Below, piece by piece: positions 46,001-58,006 of a DNA stretch of 64,000 nucleotides; the first letter of the stretch is position 1; each line of letters opens with the position of its first letter. A program made the position numbers and the translations under genes. This DNA comes from Lytechinus pictus (Eukaryota). The notes below the pieces were generated by a model, which made no database searches, was not told the origin of the DNA, and was given only the letters and a program-made list of their open reading frames with translations. Location: positions 11,532,001 to 11,596,000 of the forward strand of contig NC_087258.1 in assembly GCF_037042905.1 (NCBI RefSeq). Reading direction: 5' to 3'.

Positions 46001-49000
46001 NNNNNNNNNNNNNNNNNNNNNNNNNNNNNNNNNNNNNNNNNNNNNNNNNNNNNNNNNNNNNNNNNNNNNNNNNNNNNNNNNNNNNNNNNNNNNNNNNNNN
46101 NNNNNNNNNNNNNNNNNNNNNNNNNNNNNNNNNNNNNNNNNNNNNNNNNNNGGAAGGGGGAGAGAGAGAGGGGGCATACAGAAGGCTGGAGAGAAGGACA
46201 AGATAGTATGAGAACGCAAGGATTGAGAAGATGATAAATCAAGATATACGGACAAGGGAAAAGTAAAAAGATAAGACTAGAGAAGACGAAAGAGAGAGAG
46301 GGGAGGAAAAAAGAGAGAAAGAAAAGTAGAGAAAGGGGGAAAGTAAGAGAAAGATATTGAGAAAGAGAGGCAGAGAGAAAGGGAGGGGATGGAGGGAGGG
46401 GGGAGACACACACACAGAAAGAGAGAGAGTGTGTATGTCAGGCATGGATGAGAGGCACAGGGTACGAAAACTAAATTCGGCGCAAAATGACGCATTGCGT
46501 CATGACAATGCCGAAATCAGGGTGCCGAAGATTATCTACACTACCAATACGCCTGTGCAAAATTGCTGAAAAACATCTGCACCACATAACGACCGGAATA
46601 ATAATAGTTGCTGAGAATAATAACTATAAAAAGAGTTGCTGAGAAATAGTTCAGAAAAAGTTGTAAATTGATAAATTACATTCTTATAAGAAATAAACCA
46701 GATAACCGATCCAAGGACCTGGGGCCCGTAACACAAATGTTAGCGATTAATCGTTTGCTTGATCTTCACGATTGATTGTACATTGTAGTCTATGCAATCA
46801 ATCGTGAAAATCAAGCGTACGATTAATCGCTAACCTTTGAGTTAAGCCCCTTTCACAATTGACGTACGACCTGTTTACGACCACCTGCAACATTTTTTTC
46901 TTGTTGTTGCACGATCGATCCCTTGGTGTCTTGCGAGCACTCGCAGTCGTTGTAGACGATCGCACAAACTCGAGGTGGTCGGAGGTGATCGTGACTGGTC
47001 GCATCTGAACTTTGAACATGTTCAAAATCCAAACGCGATCAAATACGATTGATTCACTCGCAACAGGTCGTACCATCGGTCGGGCGACCATCGTGTTAGT
47101 GTTGTTCAACGTTGTACGACTTGGTGCAAGAGGTGGCACAACTAAGTATAGTCGCATTTAGTCGACTGGAGGTCGTACAACACTTGCACATGTGCTGGAG
47201 ACCTACAGAGACCAGTCTTGCGACTGGGTGCGATAATATAAGACTGTTGCAAGATCGATCGAAATTACGGCTTACAACATTCCACTACCGTTGCATTCGC
47301 TTGTATGCGACCGTTCAGCCCCTTTCACAATTGACGTCCGACCAGTTTACGACCGCCTGCAACAGTTTTTTCTAGTTGTTGCACGATCGATCTCTTGGTG
47401 TCTTGCGAGCACTCGCAGTCGTTGTAGACGGTCGCACGAACTCGAGGTGGTCGTGACTGGTCACATCTGAACTTTGAACATGTTCAAAATCCGAACGCGA
47501 TCAAATACGATCGATTCACTCGCATCAGGCCGTACCCGGGGTCGTACCATCGCTCGGGCGATCATCGTGCGAGTGTTGTTCAACGTTGTACGACTTGGTG
47601 CGAGAGGTGGCACAACTAAGTAGTCGCATTTACTTGACTGGAGGTCGTACAACACTTGCACATGTGAAAGCGACCTACATGTACTGAGACCTGTCTTGCG
47701 ACTGGTTGCGATAATAATATGGGCCATAAGACTGTTGCAAGACCGATCGCAACGGCTTACAACATTGCACTACCGTTTCATTCGCATGTATGCGACCGTT
47801 CCACTCGCAATCCCTCGTACAACACTCGCATGTGATCGCACGAGCACAATAAGAGCATATGCGACTTACTCGTGCAACGGGGTTTACTGGTTGTTTTTGT
47901 TGTACGACAGCTGTTGCAACTGTGAAAGCCTCTGTGCGATCTTATGAGATGACTAGCGATTGATGCCTGTTGCAGCCTGACGCACGACCAAAAGGTCGCA
48001 AATGGTCGTACGTCAATTGTGAAAGGGGCTTTACGGGAACCTGGTCACCAGATTTATGCCTTAGCAATCTGCTCTACCTAGTGAACTTAGTTGGAATCCG
48101 TCTATTGTCCAAGATTGTAAAGCCCAGCCCCCACTATCTGTTGCGATCCGAATTTAAAAGAAATTGTAATAACAATTGATATGAACATCCCAATCAGGTG
48201 GGTGTTTCATAAAGCTGTTCGTAAGATAAGAGCGACTTTAAGAACGACTGGTGATCCTTTCTTGTGGTAAATGGTATATTCATTGGCGATGGTTTAGCGC
48301 GTAAGAAAGGATCACCAGTCGTTCTTAAAGCCGCTCTTAACTTACGAACAGCTTTATGAAACGGCCCCCGGGAATATATTAGCGATTAGAGTTCAGAAAT
48401 TGAAATTCAGTCAAGTTCGAGCCTCCTTGTAGGAATAAAAATTCAATTTAATTCCAAATCGTAATGACGTCATCATCGGCTGCGACTCGAAGCCGATTTG
48501 GACTTTACTCCGATCAGAGAGCTTGTCGCAAAGTAAAATTATGAATCTACTATTCCTAACATTAGGCCGACCTTCAAATAACATATTATTTCTTCTTGGA
48601 ACTTTCATATTTCATGCAAAATGCGATAAAAAAAAAATTCGTCGTATCGGATCGCATAGTGTGCGATGGGCTTAAAAGCTTTTATTCCAGACTTTTCGCA
48701 TTTACTACGGGGAAACTCTCTACAACGCACCAATTCCTTTGAGAATGCAAGTCAAAAGTCAATGGAGAGCTGAAAGGCTTTTTGTCGAAAGTTGGTGGAC
48801 CGGGACAGCATCGGAATTTCTTGACTCTGTACAACGACATATTTGCAATTGTTCGTCCGGTGCAAATCTTCGGATGATCTGCTGTCCCAGTCCACCAACT
48901 TTCGACAAAAGCCTCTCGGCTCTCCATTGTGATTTCAATAGCATTTTCAAAGAAATCGATGCGTTGTAGAGTCACCTTCGAAGATCTCGACCATCTGGTG

Positions 49001-50013
49001 AATGAGGATCTGATCGATTTGGACGAGGTATTCGAGACCAGGAGGACATCCGGTGACCTGGCTTGGGTCAGGTTTGGTCATCCATTCCACCTTCTTACCC
49101 GGTTGCATCTCAATCTATGCAGGGCAACATAGATAAATTTGTTTATTGATGAATCGATTAATTGGTCAAATTGATGATGATAATAATATTCAGTTCTAGA
49201 GATGCGCATATCTCATACCATTAACGTTCTATGCGCTTCCACATTGAATTTGGATATTATGATATTACCCTCGCTTTAGCACGACAAGCCTTTAACAACG
49301 CACAAGGCCAGTTCCATAAAATAATCAACCTTTCTGTACGTCCAGCCCCTTTTTTCTCAAGTTTTACTTCACTTTATAAACTGACCAAGTCCTGGTCCTT
49401 TGAGAACATTACAGACTGTCGAAAGAACAAGAAATCAGAGAAAGAAAATTTCATGAAGGTCTCACTTACATGGGGTCGGACACACATATTTTATGGAATT
49501 GCACACGAGCATTTTATGAATAGGTACCCATTTATCTCATTCTGATTGAGTGCAGTACAATGTGGATCAATTTGACGATTAATTGCTGAGCTGCTTATTG
49601 ATTTTTTGATTGACGACGACGACGACGAAATCTTACTACTACTACAACAACAATAGATTGTTGCGTCCCCCCAAACACAAAAGATAATCTGCTCCGCCGC
49701 CAATGACTACTACTTCTACTTCTACTAAAAATGATAACTTCAATTAAATTAATAATATATATTGTCTGAGATAATCAGAAGACAACTATCCGATTATTGC
49801 TAATGTATGTTTATTAGGATTGTACTTTAGTCGATCCCTGATCCATTATAATTTACATTGCATATATTCCATGCAGATTAGGTAAATGAATCTGTATGGA
49901 ATTACGTAAACCTGTGTAAACAAATGTAAATTTATGTATACCTCCTTTTTGAAAAAAATAATGAATACATTGCCCTGTTTACTTACCGCGTCAAAGTTCG
50001 GTGAAGCGGCCAT
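40075..50013 (-). CDS. PLSCR: Phospholipid scramblase (PLSCR family), complete, 9 coding exons, 254 aa
   Basis: Exons 49987-50013, 48976-49114, 45776-45853, 45074-45150, 44373-44503, 41486-41606, 40938-41040, 40548-40606, 40075-40104; GT-AG, phases compatible, 765 nt. Motifs [66 protein letters not shown]. Upstream UTR intron 50036-50468. Confidence 0.93.
42031..42343. mobile_element. CACTG-type MITE
   Basis: ta|cactgttagaaaa ... ttttctaacagtg|ta. Confidence 0.8.
42406..42798. mobile_element. Palindromic MITE
   Basis: ttttaacgtatcaatc / gattgatacgttaaaa and cccttcatgacaatgaa / ttcattgtcatgaaggg inverted pairs. Confidence 0.7.
42908..44354. mobile_element. CAC-terminated MITE split by nested insertions
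   Basis: Ends cacagcaaaaactgtggtgtt / aacaccacagctttacagtg; tagaggaccaca / tgtggtcctcta; about 1.2 kb of foreign sequence (42980-44195) inside. Confidence 0.65.
43258..43562. mobile_element. CCCGGGG-terminated MITE (long copy)
   Basis: ccactttcattgaagagtggataccaggc / gcctggtatccactcatcaatggaagtgg. Confidence 0.8.
44957..45065. mobile_element. ~105-bp hairpin MITE, copy 2
   Basis: gctacagtgacac ... gtgactgcagc; ends at intron position +9 of the donor at 45073. Confidence 0.75.
45939..46151. other. Assembly gap (213 N) next to a GA-rich low-complexity tract
   Basis: Run of n. The flanking scramblase exons join in phase, so no coding exon is required in the gap. Confidence 0.99.
46720..48044. 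mobile_element. Palindromic MITE whose right TIR is split by a Harbinger-like insertion
   Basis: Left ggggcccgtaacacaaatgttagcgattaatcgt; right acgattaatcgctaacctttgagtta[insertion]cgggaacc. Confidence 0.8.
46845..48030. mobile_element. PIF/Harbinger-like non-autonomous element with duplicated left half
   Basis: 27-bp perfect TIR agcccctttcacaattgacgtacgacc; TTA TSD (46842-46844, 48031-48033); second left TIR at 47317. Confidence 0.9.
48121..48672. mobile_element. Harbinger-like MITE hosting a nested MITE
   Basis: TAA TSD; ends agcccagccccactat..tgcgatccga / tcggatcgcatagtgtgcgatgggct. Confidence 0.7.
48197..48369. mobile_element. Palindromic MITE (GTTTCATAAAG family)
   Basis: gtttcataaagctgttcgtaag...cttacgaacagctttatgaaac; arms of about 65 nt. 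Confidence 0.85.
48718..48971. mobile_element. Palindromic MITE abutting a splice donor
   Basis: TIR ctctacaacgca / tgcgttgtagag; ttttgtcgaaagttggtggac / gtccaccaactttcgacaaaa. Confidence 0.85.
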
Positions 50014-51852
50014 GTTTGAATAGGTCTTTACTTCTCTATAATGTCAGGGATATGAAAATATAAAAAAACAGTGTTACAATGGTACTACCAATTAAGACAT
50101 ATGAATTTGAAAAAAAAAATTATTAAACAATATACGTTCATATCAACAAAAGCCATAGCCGGAAGTATGGGGTTTGACACAATATGAAAGGTCTTTAAAA
50201 AATATTGATTTACTATCATGTATCGAAAAGGAAATAAAATGCTTCGAGAAAAATATCAAAATTCATGTCTCGTGATCAACCCGTGTAGATTATCGAATGA
50301 ATATAGACTTATGTTGTATATCTATTATCTCCAAAACACTCTGACTAATAGAAGTATTTATTACATGATACAGGATTTGCATTCCCAAAAATTCATGAGA
50401 ACGGCTAATTAGAATGGAATGGATTAAATGTTTTCGAAATGCTTGAAAAGATCAGTTTAGAAACTTACCTATTTATCGGCTTGTTTTCTGATGGGTTAGA
50501 CATATCCCGTTTAACTGTAAAGTCCTCAAATGACCAGGCGGACTTCACACTTGTTTCGTCGTCTTTTCTTGATACCTTTGTGTAATGTTGCGATTAGCCG
50601 AAGCTCGTTGATTAGTTATTGATTAAACTCATGACTAACTTAAAGGATAAAGTCCGGGAATTTCCTACTTGTTCTAGAGCCTCCTAATTATCGAATCTGG
50701 TTCCGTTTCATACAAGATTGCCCAATAATGATTTAAACTGTAAATAGCCATTCCATTAGCATAGTCACAACTAATTTGTCTAGTTTACAAATAAGACAAT
50801 GCCCATTTCGTCTAATATTCCTATAGTACAATACACCAACTTTGTTAAACACTTTCATATTGATGACATAAATTGACAAAATATCAGATGTTATTAATTG
50901 TGTGAAACATGGGGAAATGGAGAGCTATCGTCAATGTCAAAGCTAACTTCGGTCAAGCGCAGATTCGGAAGCGGGGTGTGTGTGGGGGGGGGGGGTACCG
51001 GGGTTACCCCCTCCACCTAGATCATGTTGTAAAGGATATGCTCTCTTTGAGCATGGCGGGTTGTGATAACCTGGCCTTCTTAAAGTCTTGTTATAATAAC
51101 AAATGCATACTGTCGGCCAATCAAATTGAATTATATCACTATCTTTAAACTTTCACTACAAATTAGTTATTACATCACGTTTTACGAAACGGCACCCTAG
51201 GATATATATTAAACTAAAATATGTGTCGCCCAAATGGAGGCCATGCCGAGGGATGAGTAGAGGCTATACATTATATGGGCTAAAGCATATCCCCTCTTTG
51301 CCATTCGTGTTTCTTACTTCCAATTAAATGCCCTATATGCCAAAGGATACGTGAACTTATAATGTGTTTGTATTAAAAAGATTACAATCAGAGACACGAT
51401 TAGGTAAACGATTAGGTAATAGTAATACTCATCATGCTCTCCTGATTAAACAAAGGATCGTATAATGTGTGAAGTGAACTGCAAACTCGAACTACTTCTA
51501 ACAATGGCAAAATGAATTTCTTAAAATTACTTCCGTTATTCTGGCTTAATTTATTCTCTGTTAAGAGGGTCTGAGTAAAAAAAAAGTCCATAAAGAACGA
51601 GAAAATCGTCCCGTTTGCTTAATTAGAGGCAAAGCTTTGCCATGTCAATGAAATCCATCGGTCAAGTAACCTATATCCGTGGAATTAAGTAGACAATTTT
51701 CAACGATGTTAAGATAGTCATGGGCATTCATGTCATTGATTGTTGATTTTTTTTCAAGAAATGCAGACAGATATCAAAGTCCTTGCTATCTCATACGAGT
51801 GGGTTTATGAAAAAATTACGTAATGAATGAACAACGTCAACTTCAAGGAATA

Positions 51853-54562
51853 AAGTCCAGGATAGGCCCCATAGAAAATTGACCAAACCTTGTTTTTTCA
51901 TATATACAATACTATTTTATGGTTTCTTGTCAATTCGAGGGTGCTGATTATGAATCTGAATGATGCCACTCGTGCATTTTCCGCAAATTGGCAAAATCCA
52001 ATATGGCCGCCAAATATATGCAAATTACCCATGAAAATCATAAAATTGCCAGCACATTGGTTATAAAATGTATGTATTTGTGTTGCAGGAGTGAAATACT
52101 CTCTGAAAAAACGATTTTTGACAAAAAATTATTTTCTAGATATTCAAAATGGCTGCCATAAACCCCATACATTATACATTATGTACAATGCGATTGGAGA
52201 AATTAATTTTCACAAGAGTAAGAACTATAAAATGCATGTAATTGTGATCACCGAGTAAAAACATGTTTTCTAGCGAAACATATCATTTCTTTTGTCATGC
52301 ATGAGATAAATGCTGTATTGTGAAATTCAAAATGGTCCCTATAGGCCCTAACAGTATTATCTACAATGTAAATGGGGACATGTTATTTTGTATGAATTTT
52401 ACTTGACTATGAATTCCATAAAATCCTGTTGTATGATAAACATTATTTGAAAACATGATTTTTTTTTTAATATAGCATTTCTTTTGCCATGTAAGTGATA
52501 AATACTGTATTTTGACATTCAAAATAGCTGATACAAGCCCTATAACTAATGCGTATAGGGAATCCACTTATTACATTATCATAAAATGCATGTAATCGTG
52601 ATGTATGAGTAAATATATTGTCTTAAACATGATTTCTAAATAAATGCATCACATATTGGTCATGAACTCGAGGTAATAAATGTTGTACTTTGAAACTCAA
52701 AATGGCTGCCATGGGTCGTAAAAGTATTATGTACATTGTAATTTGGGACATATAATTTTGACAGAATTTGGCTTTGCTTGACTATAAGTATTGCATATAA
52801 TTGTGATGTAAGAGTGAAATATTGTCTAAAACCATGGTTCCTAACGAGGTTTATCATATCTGGTGCATTTAAGGTGATAAATGCTGCATTCTGAAATGGA
52901 AAATGGCCGCCATGGGCCCTTATTGTATTATGTACAATGTGAATGAGGACAGATAATTTTCACAAAAGGGTATGTGGCGCCGCCATTTTGAATTTGGAAA
53001 TATAAGATTTATCACCTAAATTTTAGATGATATATTTTGTTAGTAATCATGTTTTCAGACAATATTTCACTCATACAACACCATTTAGTCAAGCAAAGCC
53101 CAAATCTGTTAAAATCATTTGTCCCCATTCCCATTGTACATAATACTTTTGGGGCCTGTAGCGGCCATTTTGACTTTCAAAATAGAGTATTTATCACCTA
53201 CTTGGCAAAAGAACTGATATATCTTGTTAGAAATTATGCTTTCAGACAATATTTTACTCATAGATCACAATTACGTGCATTTATGGTGCTCAATCGTGTG
53301 AAAATTTATTTCCTAGCTCGCATTGTACATAATACAATCAATGTCTATGGCGGCCATGATTTTGAAAGTAAAAATACAGTATTAAACACAAACTTTAAAC
53401 CTGAATGACATATTTCGTTAAACATCATGTTTTTTTTAGACAGTATCCCATTTATTCATCACAAATAAATGCATTTCAGTGCTCACTCTTGTGATTTCTT
53501 TGGTCCTCTTTATCATTGTACATAATACTGTTAGGGCCTTTGGCGGCCATTTTGAATATCAAAATACAGCATTTATCACATACATGGCATATTAAATAAT
53601 ATATTTCGTTAGCAGTTGTGTTTTTAGTCAGTATTCCACTCGTTTCTCTTGATAATATGCATTTTAGTGCTCACTCTTGCGATTTTTGTTGGCCCCTTTG
53701 CCATATAGTATTTGGGCCAGTGGCAGCTATTTTGAATATTAAATACAACAATTTTCCCATACATGACATCATAAATGATATATCATGTTAGCATTGATGA
53801 TTTTGATATATGACTTCGTCCATAGATCACAATTACTTGCAGTTTAGTGATCATTTTTGTGAAAAATTAATTTTCCCTATTCATATTGTACATAATAGGG
53901 TATACAGAGGTCTGTGGCGGCCATTTTGAATATCAAGAAATAAATATTTTGTCAAAAAATGTTTTTTTCAGAGAGTATTTTACTCCTGCAACACAATTTC
54001 ATACATTCATGGGCGGAAATCTGTCACCAAAGGTAGGGGGGACCATGCAGGGCCTAGAATAATTTGACAAGCAAAAAAAAAGAAAAAAGAAAAAAGGTTA
54101 TCACCCAAAATGTAAGGTCATTTTAACCCAAACAAAATTTGACAAGCCCCCCCCCAAAAAAAAAAAAGGGTTTTCACACAAAATGTAAGGTCATTTAGTC
54201 CAAAATAATGTATTATTTCGATTGTGAAGTGATGTATTTTTCTCCATCATAAAAGACCAAAAATAGTAGGGGGACATTTGATATTGTGTCCCCCTACTAT
54301 TTTTGGTAGGGGGGACACGTCCCCCCTGGGATTTCCGCCCATGCATACATTTTATAGCCAATTTGCTTGCAATTTTATGATTTTCATGGGTAATATGCAT
54401 CATTGGCGGTCATATTGGAATTTGCCAATTTGCGGAAAATGATCGAGGTTACACGAGTGGCATCATTCAGATTCGTAATCAGCACCCTCGAATTGACAAG
54501 AAACCATAAAAAAATATTGTATGTATGAAAAAACAAGGTTATGCCTCTTCTATCCTGGACTA
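51853..54562. mobile_element. 2.7-kb foldback-type non-autonomous element (Academ-like termini)
   Basis: Ends (a)agtccaggatag / ctatcctggacta; 3-bp TSD ata; terminal arms clearly alignable over >300 bp; ~185-bp subrepeats carrying aaaatggccgcc that switch orientation near 52950. Confidence 0.8.
54008..54343. mobile_element. hAT-like MITE nested in the right arm of the foldback element
   Basis: TIRs catgggcggaaatc / gatttccgcccatg; exact 8-bp TSD catacatt. Confidence 0.92.
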
Positions 54563-54672
54563 ATACGTTTGCGATTCAACAGTCAGGTGTGAATGCATTT
54601 CGTCACCAAATTAGATTTAGAAAAATCAGGCTTTGTGATTTAGATTATTAAGCGACAGAGGAATCACCAAAG

Positions 54673-55350
54673 GCACCACCATCATCATCATCATCACTAC
54701 CACCACTGCCATCACCATCATCATAATCGTCATCATCATTATCATCATCACTTCCACCACCACCTCCACCTCCTCCGCTATCACAATTACAATCACCATC
54801 ATCATCGTCATCGTCGTCATCATCATTATCATCATTATCATCATAATCATTATCATCATCACCACTATCACCACTGCCATTATCACCATCATCATCATCA
54901 CTTCCACCCCCACCTCCATCACAATCATCATCATCACCATCATTATCATCATCATCATCATCATCATCACTACCCCCACTGCCATCATCATTATAATCAT
55001 CATAATCGTCATCATCATTATCATCATCACTTCCACCACCACCTCCACTATCACAATTACAATCACCATCATCATTATCATCATCATCATTTCCACCACC
55101 ACCTCCATCACAATTATCATCATCATCACCTCATCATTATCATCATCATAAGCATCATCTCCACCAATACCATTATCATCTTTATTTTTATCATCACCAT
55201 CACCACTGCCATTATCACCATCATCATCATCACTTCCACCACCACCTCCATCACAATCATCATCATCACCGTCACCATCTTTATCATTACCTTCATCACT
55301 ATCACCACTACGATCATCACCATCATCACGGCTACCATTACCATCGTCCA
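54673..55350. repeat. Compound (CAT/CAC)n microsatellite with higher-order duplication
   Basis: Degenerate CAT array with recurrent cttccaccaccacctccatcacaat units. Confidence 0.9.
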
Positions 55351-56130
55351 TTCCCAGTCGTCAGTGTGGACTACATTTTACAGGAATCTAAGATCTCACT
55401 CACCCTTTTCATCATAAAATCAACACAATACACATCAATATCATAATTTGGTATTAATATACTATAAACATAATTTATTACAACTCTATGTTCACAGCCT
55501 CAAAATTACACAGCCAAGTGATGAATTTAACTTTTAAAGCATTAAAAACATTTGCAGTGCAAATAACACAAAATCGTGGAATATAGCAAAATGTCTAACA
55601 ACTGATCAAGGACATAATACTTTGACGAGGAATTTTGATGACAAAAAATGATCTGGCACCAGCTTTTTAGAGACACAAGGGCATAAGTTCATATCATCAC
55701 CCAATGACTTATTACCTTCTGGCCCTTTGATTTTTCTTGGATTACTTGAATCCTCATATCAAGTGCTAGTTGCATAAAACCTGTGTCAATCATAAGTTCG
55801 TTATGAGCAACTCTGATTGGCTGAAAGACAAGTTGGGTTTAATTTCCCCAAAGTTGCCTTCAAATTAATGTTTTGTGCAACCGACCTTTGATCACATGAA
55901 GTATAGCATTGTAAAACATACACAATTCAGTTTGCTACTGAAGAAAAACATTGCTAGGTAAAACAAAATATTTTCTTTTTATTTGAATTGAATTAAACAA
56001 GTAGAACATTAAATAAATGCTATAATATCACATTAGCTTATGTTTATTGTTTCATCTTAAAAACCTGTAAAATTGAAAATAGTAATACTGTCAACAATGA
56101 AAAAAAACAATGAAGCAATTTGAATGCAAT

Positions 56131-56443
56131 GGCCCGTATTCTGAAGTCGGGTTTAACTAAAACTCAGGTTTAAAGTTGTGGTTTAAGTATGGATAGCCAA
56201 TTGTAACATAAATCACTAACAGTAGAGATATCATACTTCAGCACATTAGGCTCTCAAATCATTCATAATTGTCTAGGAAGTATAAAAAGATTATTGTCTT
56301 CACCATCGATGAATCAGGAAACAGCACAGTAAACATACGAAAAATACAACTTAATAAAAAAAAATTGATGTTTTTGGCTTTCCATACTTAAGCCACAACT
56401 TTAATCCTGAGTTTAAGTTAAACCCGACTTCAGAATACGGGCC
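56131..56443. mobile_element. MITE with ~63-bp TIRs, downstream of the second scramblase stop codon
   Basis: ggcccgtattctgaagtcgggtttaac ... gttaaacccgacttcagaatacgggcc; AT flanks; end fragment of the same family near 36600-36630. Confidence 0.85.
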
Positions 56444-58006
56444 ATAGTCTACAATAAAATATGCACTTATGGTACATGTATATAGAGTATATCATTAACA
56501 AAATAAAAATCTAGATACAATTAATTTTTTTGTAAAGACATTTTTTTAGTGAATAAATACAAAATGTTTTGGTTTTGTCACGTTTGAGGCAGCTCAAGCT
56601 CTGAGGGTTAAGATTGTCTACAAACCATTGGCATTTTTTTTACTGCACTGTACAGTATGTAGTAAAAACAATAAGGTATAACATTATTATTCAAAAGAGT
56701 ATATAGACCAAAAGGTGTTTGAAAGCATAATTACAGCCTCTCATGAAAATAGGAAAAGACTCCTGAAGTGGTAAGGCACAACGTCCCAATAGCATTGACT
56801 TTTGAAGTAGTCATATATAATGGTATAGATATACCTACAGATATATCTCCATATCTTTTTCAGTACATATCCATGTCTTTTAATATGTGGTTTATCAACA
56901 TCTTCTCAATTATTCACTTCTATAGGATTGATTAACAAATAACTTGGTTCCGAATATCGATCTCTTCACATATCAGTAGAATGACTCATGAGAACTCAAA
57001 CAACTTGAACTCACATAATACAAAAACAGCCTCTGAGAAATCAGCAATAACTATCATGAAACCCCCACTCTTTAAAACAACACATTATATCATTGCACAG
57101 AATATATCATACTGCACGAGAATGAAATGTTCAGATTTTACATAAGAAACAATAATAGGCTGTTACTTTATTTCTTTCAATTATATCGTGTTAATGTATC
57201 TGGTAATTTGAAACAAAGTGCAGTAAGCAATATACAAATAAATATATACATATGTCAGTAATATTAGCATTTTCATACAGCTGTCCAAAAAAAATCATGT
57301 ACTCTGAATAGAGCGAGGGGTGGGGGAGGGGGGGGGGGGAGGGGTATTTGAGATGAAAACAAAGGGTTTATTTTTCATTTTACCTGAAAAGACTCAAATG
57401 AAAGACTCCCCTGATGCATTAATTGAATGGCAAACAATATTTGCATAACTGCAAAACAGTGAAAATGGTGAATATCACTACATGGTAATACTGTGCTTTG
57501 GGAATAGGAATGTCTAATTGTATAAGTAAGTTACCAAGGTATTTGAGACTACTATGGCAGAGGTTTGCCAGAATTGTTTACAAACACAAAATAATCAGCT
57601 AAATAGGGATACAACTCTTGTAATAGAAACATCTATAGTGAGACGATACATGTAAATTCACCCAATATCACTGTATAAATTAAAAAATATATATATCAAT
57701 GGTACGGATCTAATTGCAGCAACTATTGTCACATACAAAACAATTTTTTGAAATAGACTACTGATGGAACCTTAAACAGAAAATCACTGCTACAGTTTCA
57801 TGTTAACTAGTGAACTCATTAATTCGAAAAAATTGAATCGTGCCCAACTACAAAATTTGTCAATGTCATTGCAACACACTGTGAAAGATTATGTATCATT
57901 TTGAGGCAGTTTTGTGAAAGTTTTTGTGGTGAAATCTATTCCTATGCGTGATAACTGACCACCTCCTAACCACTGCTCCTGCAGACCTCAGACACAGCGA
58001 GACATC

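Noticed and set aside
45883-46495. ORFs spanning the N gap and GA-rich tract
   Set aside because: Artefacts of Ns and low complexity.
46798-47947. Duplicated ORFs in the Harbinger-like element
   Set aside because: Short, frameshifted between copies, and without DDE or Myb/SANT similarity.
54626-55351. 241-aa Met/Asp-rich ORF
   Set aside because: It is the translation of a (CAT)n microsatellite, with no splice or domain support.
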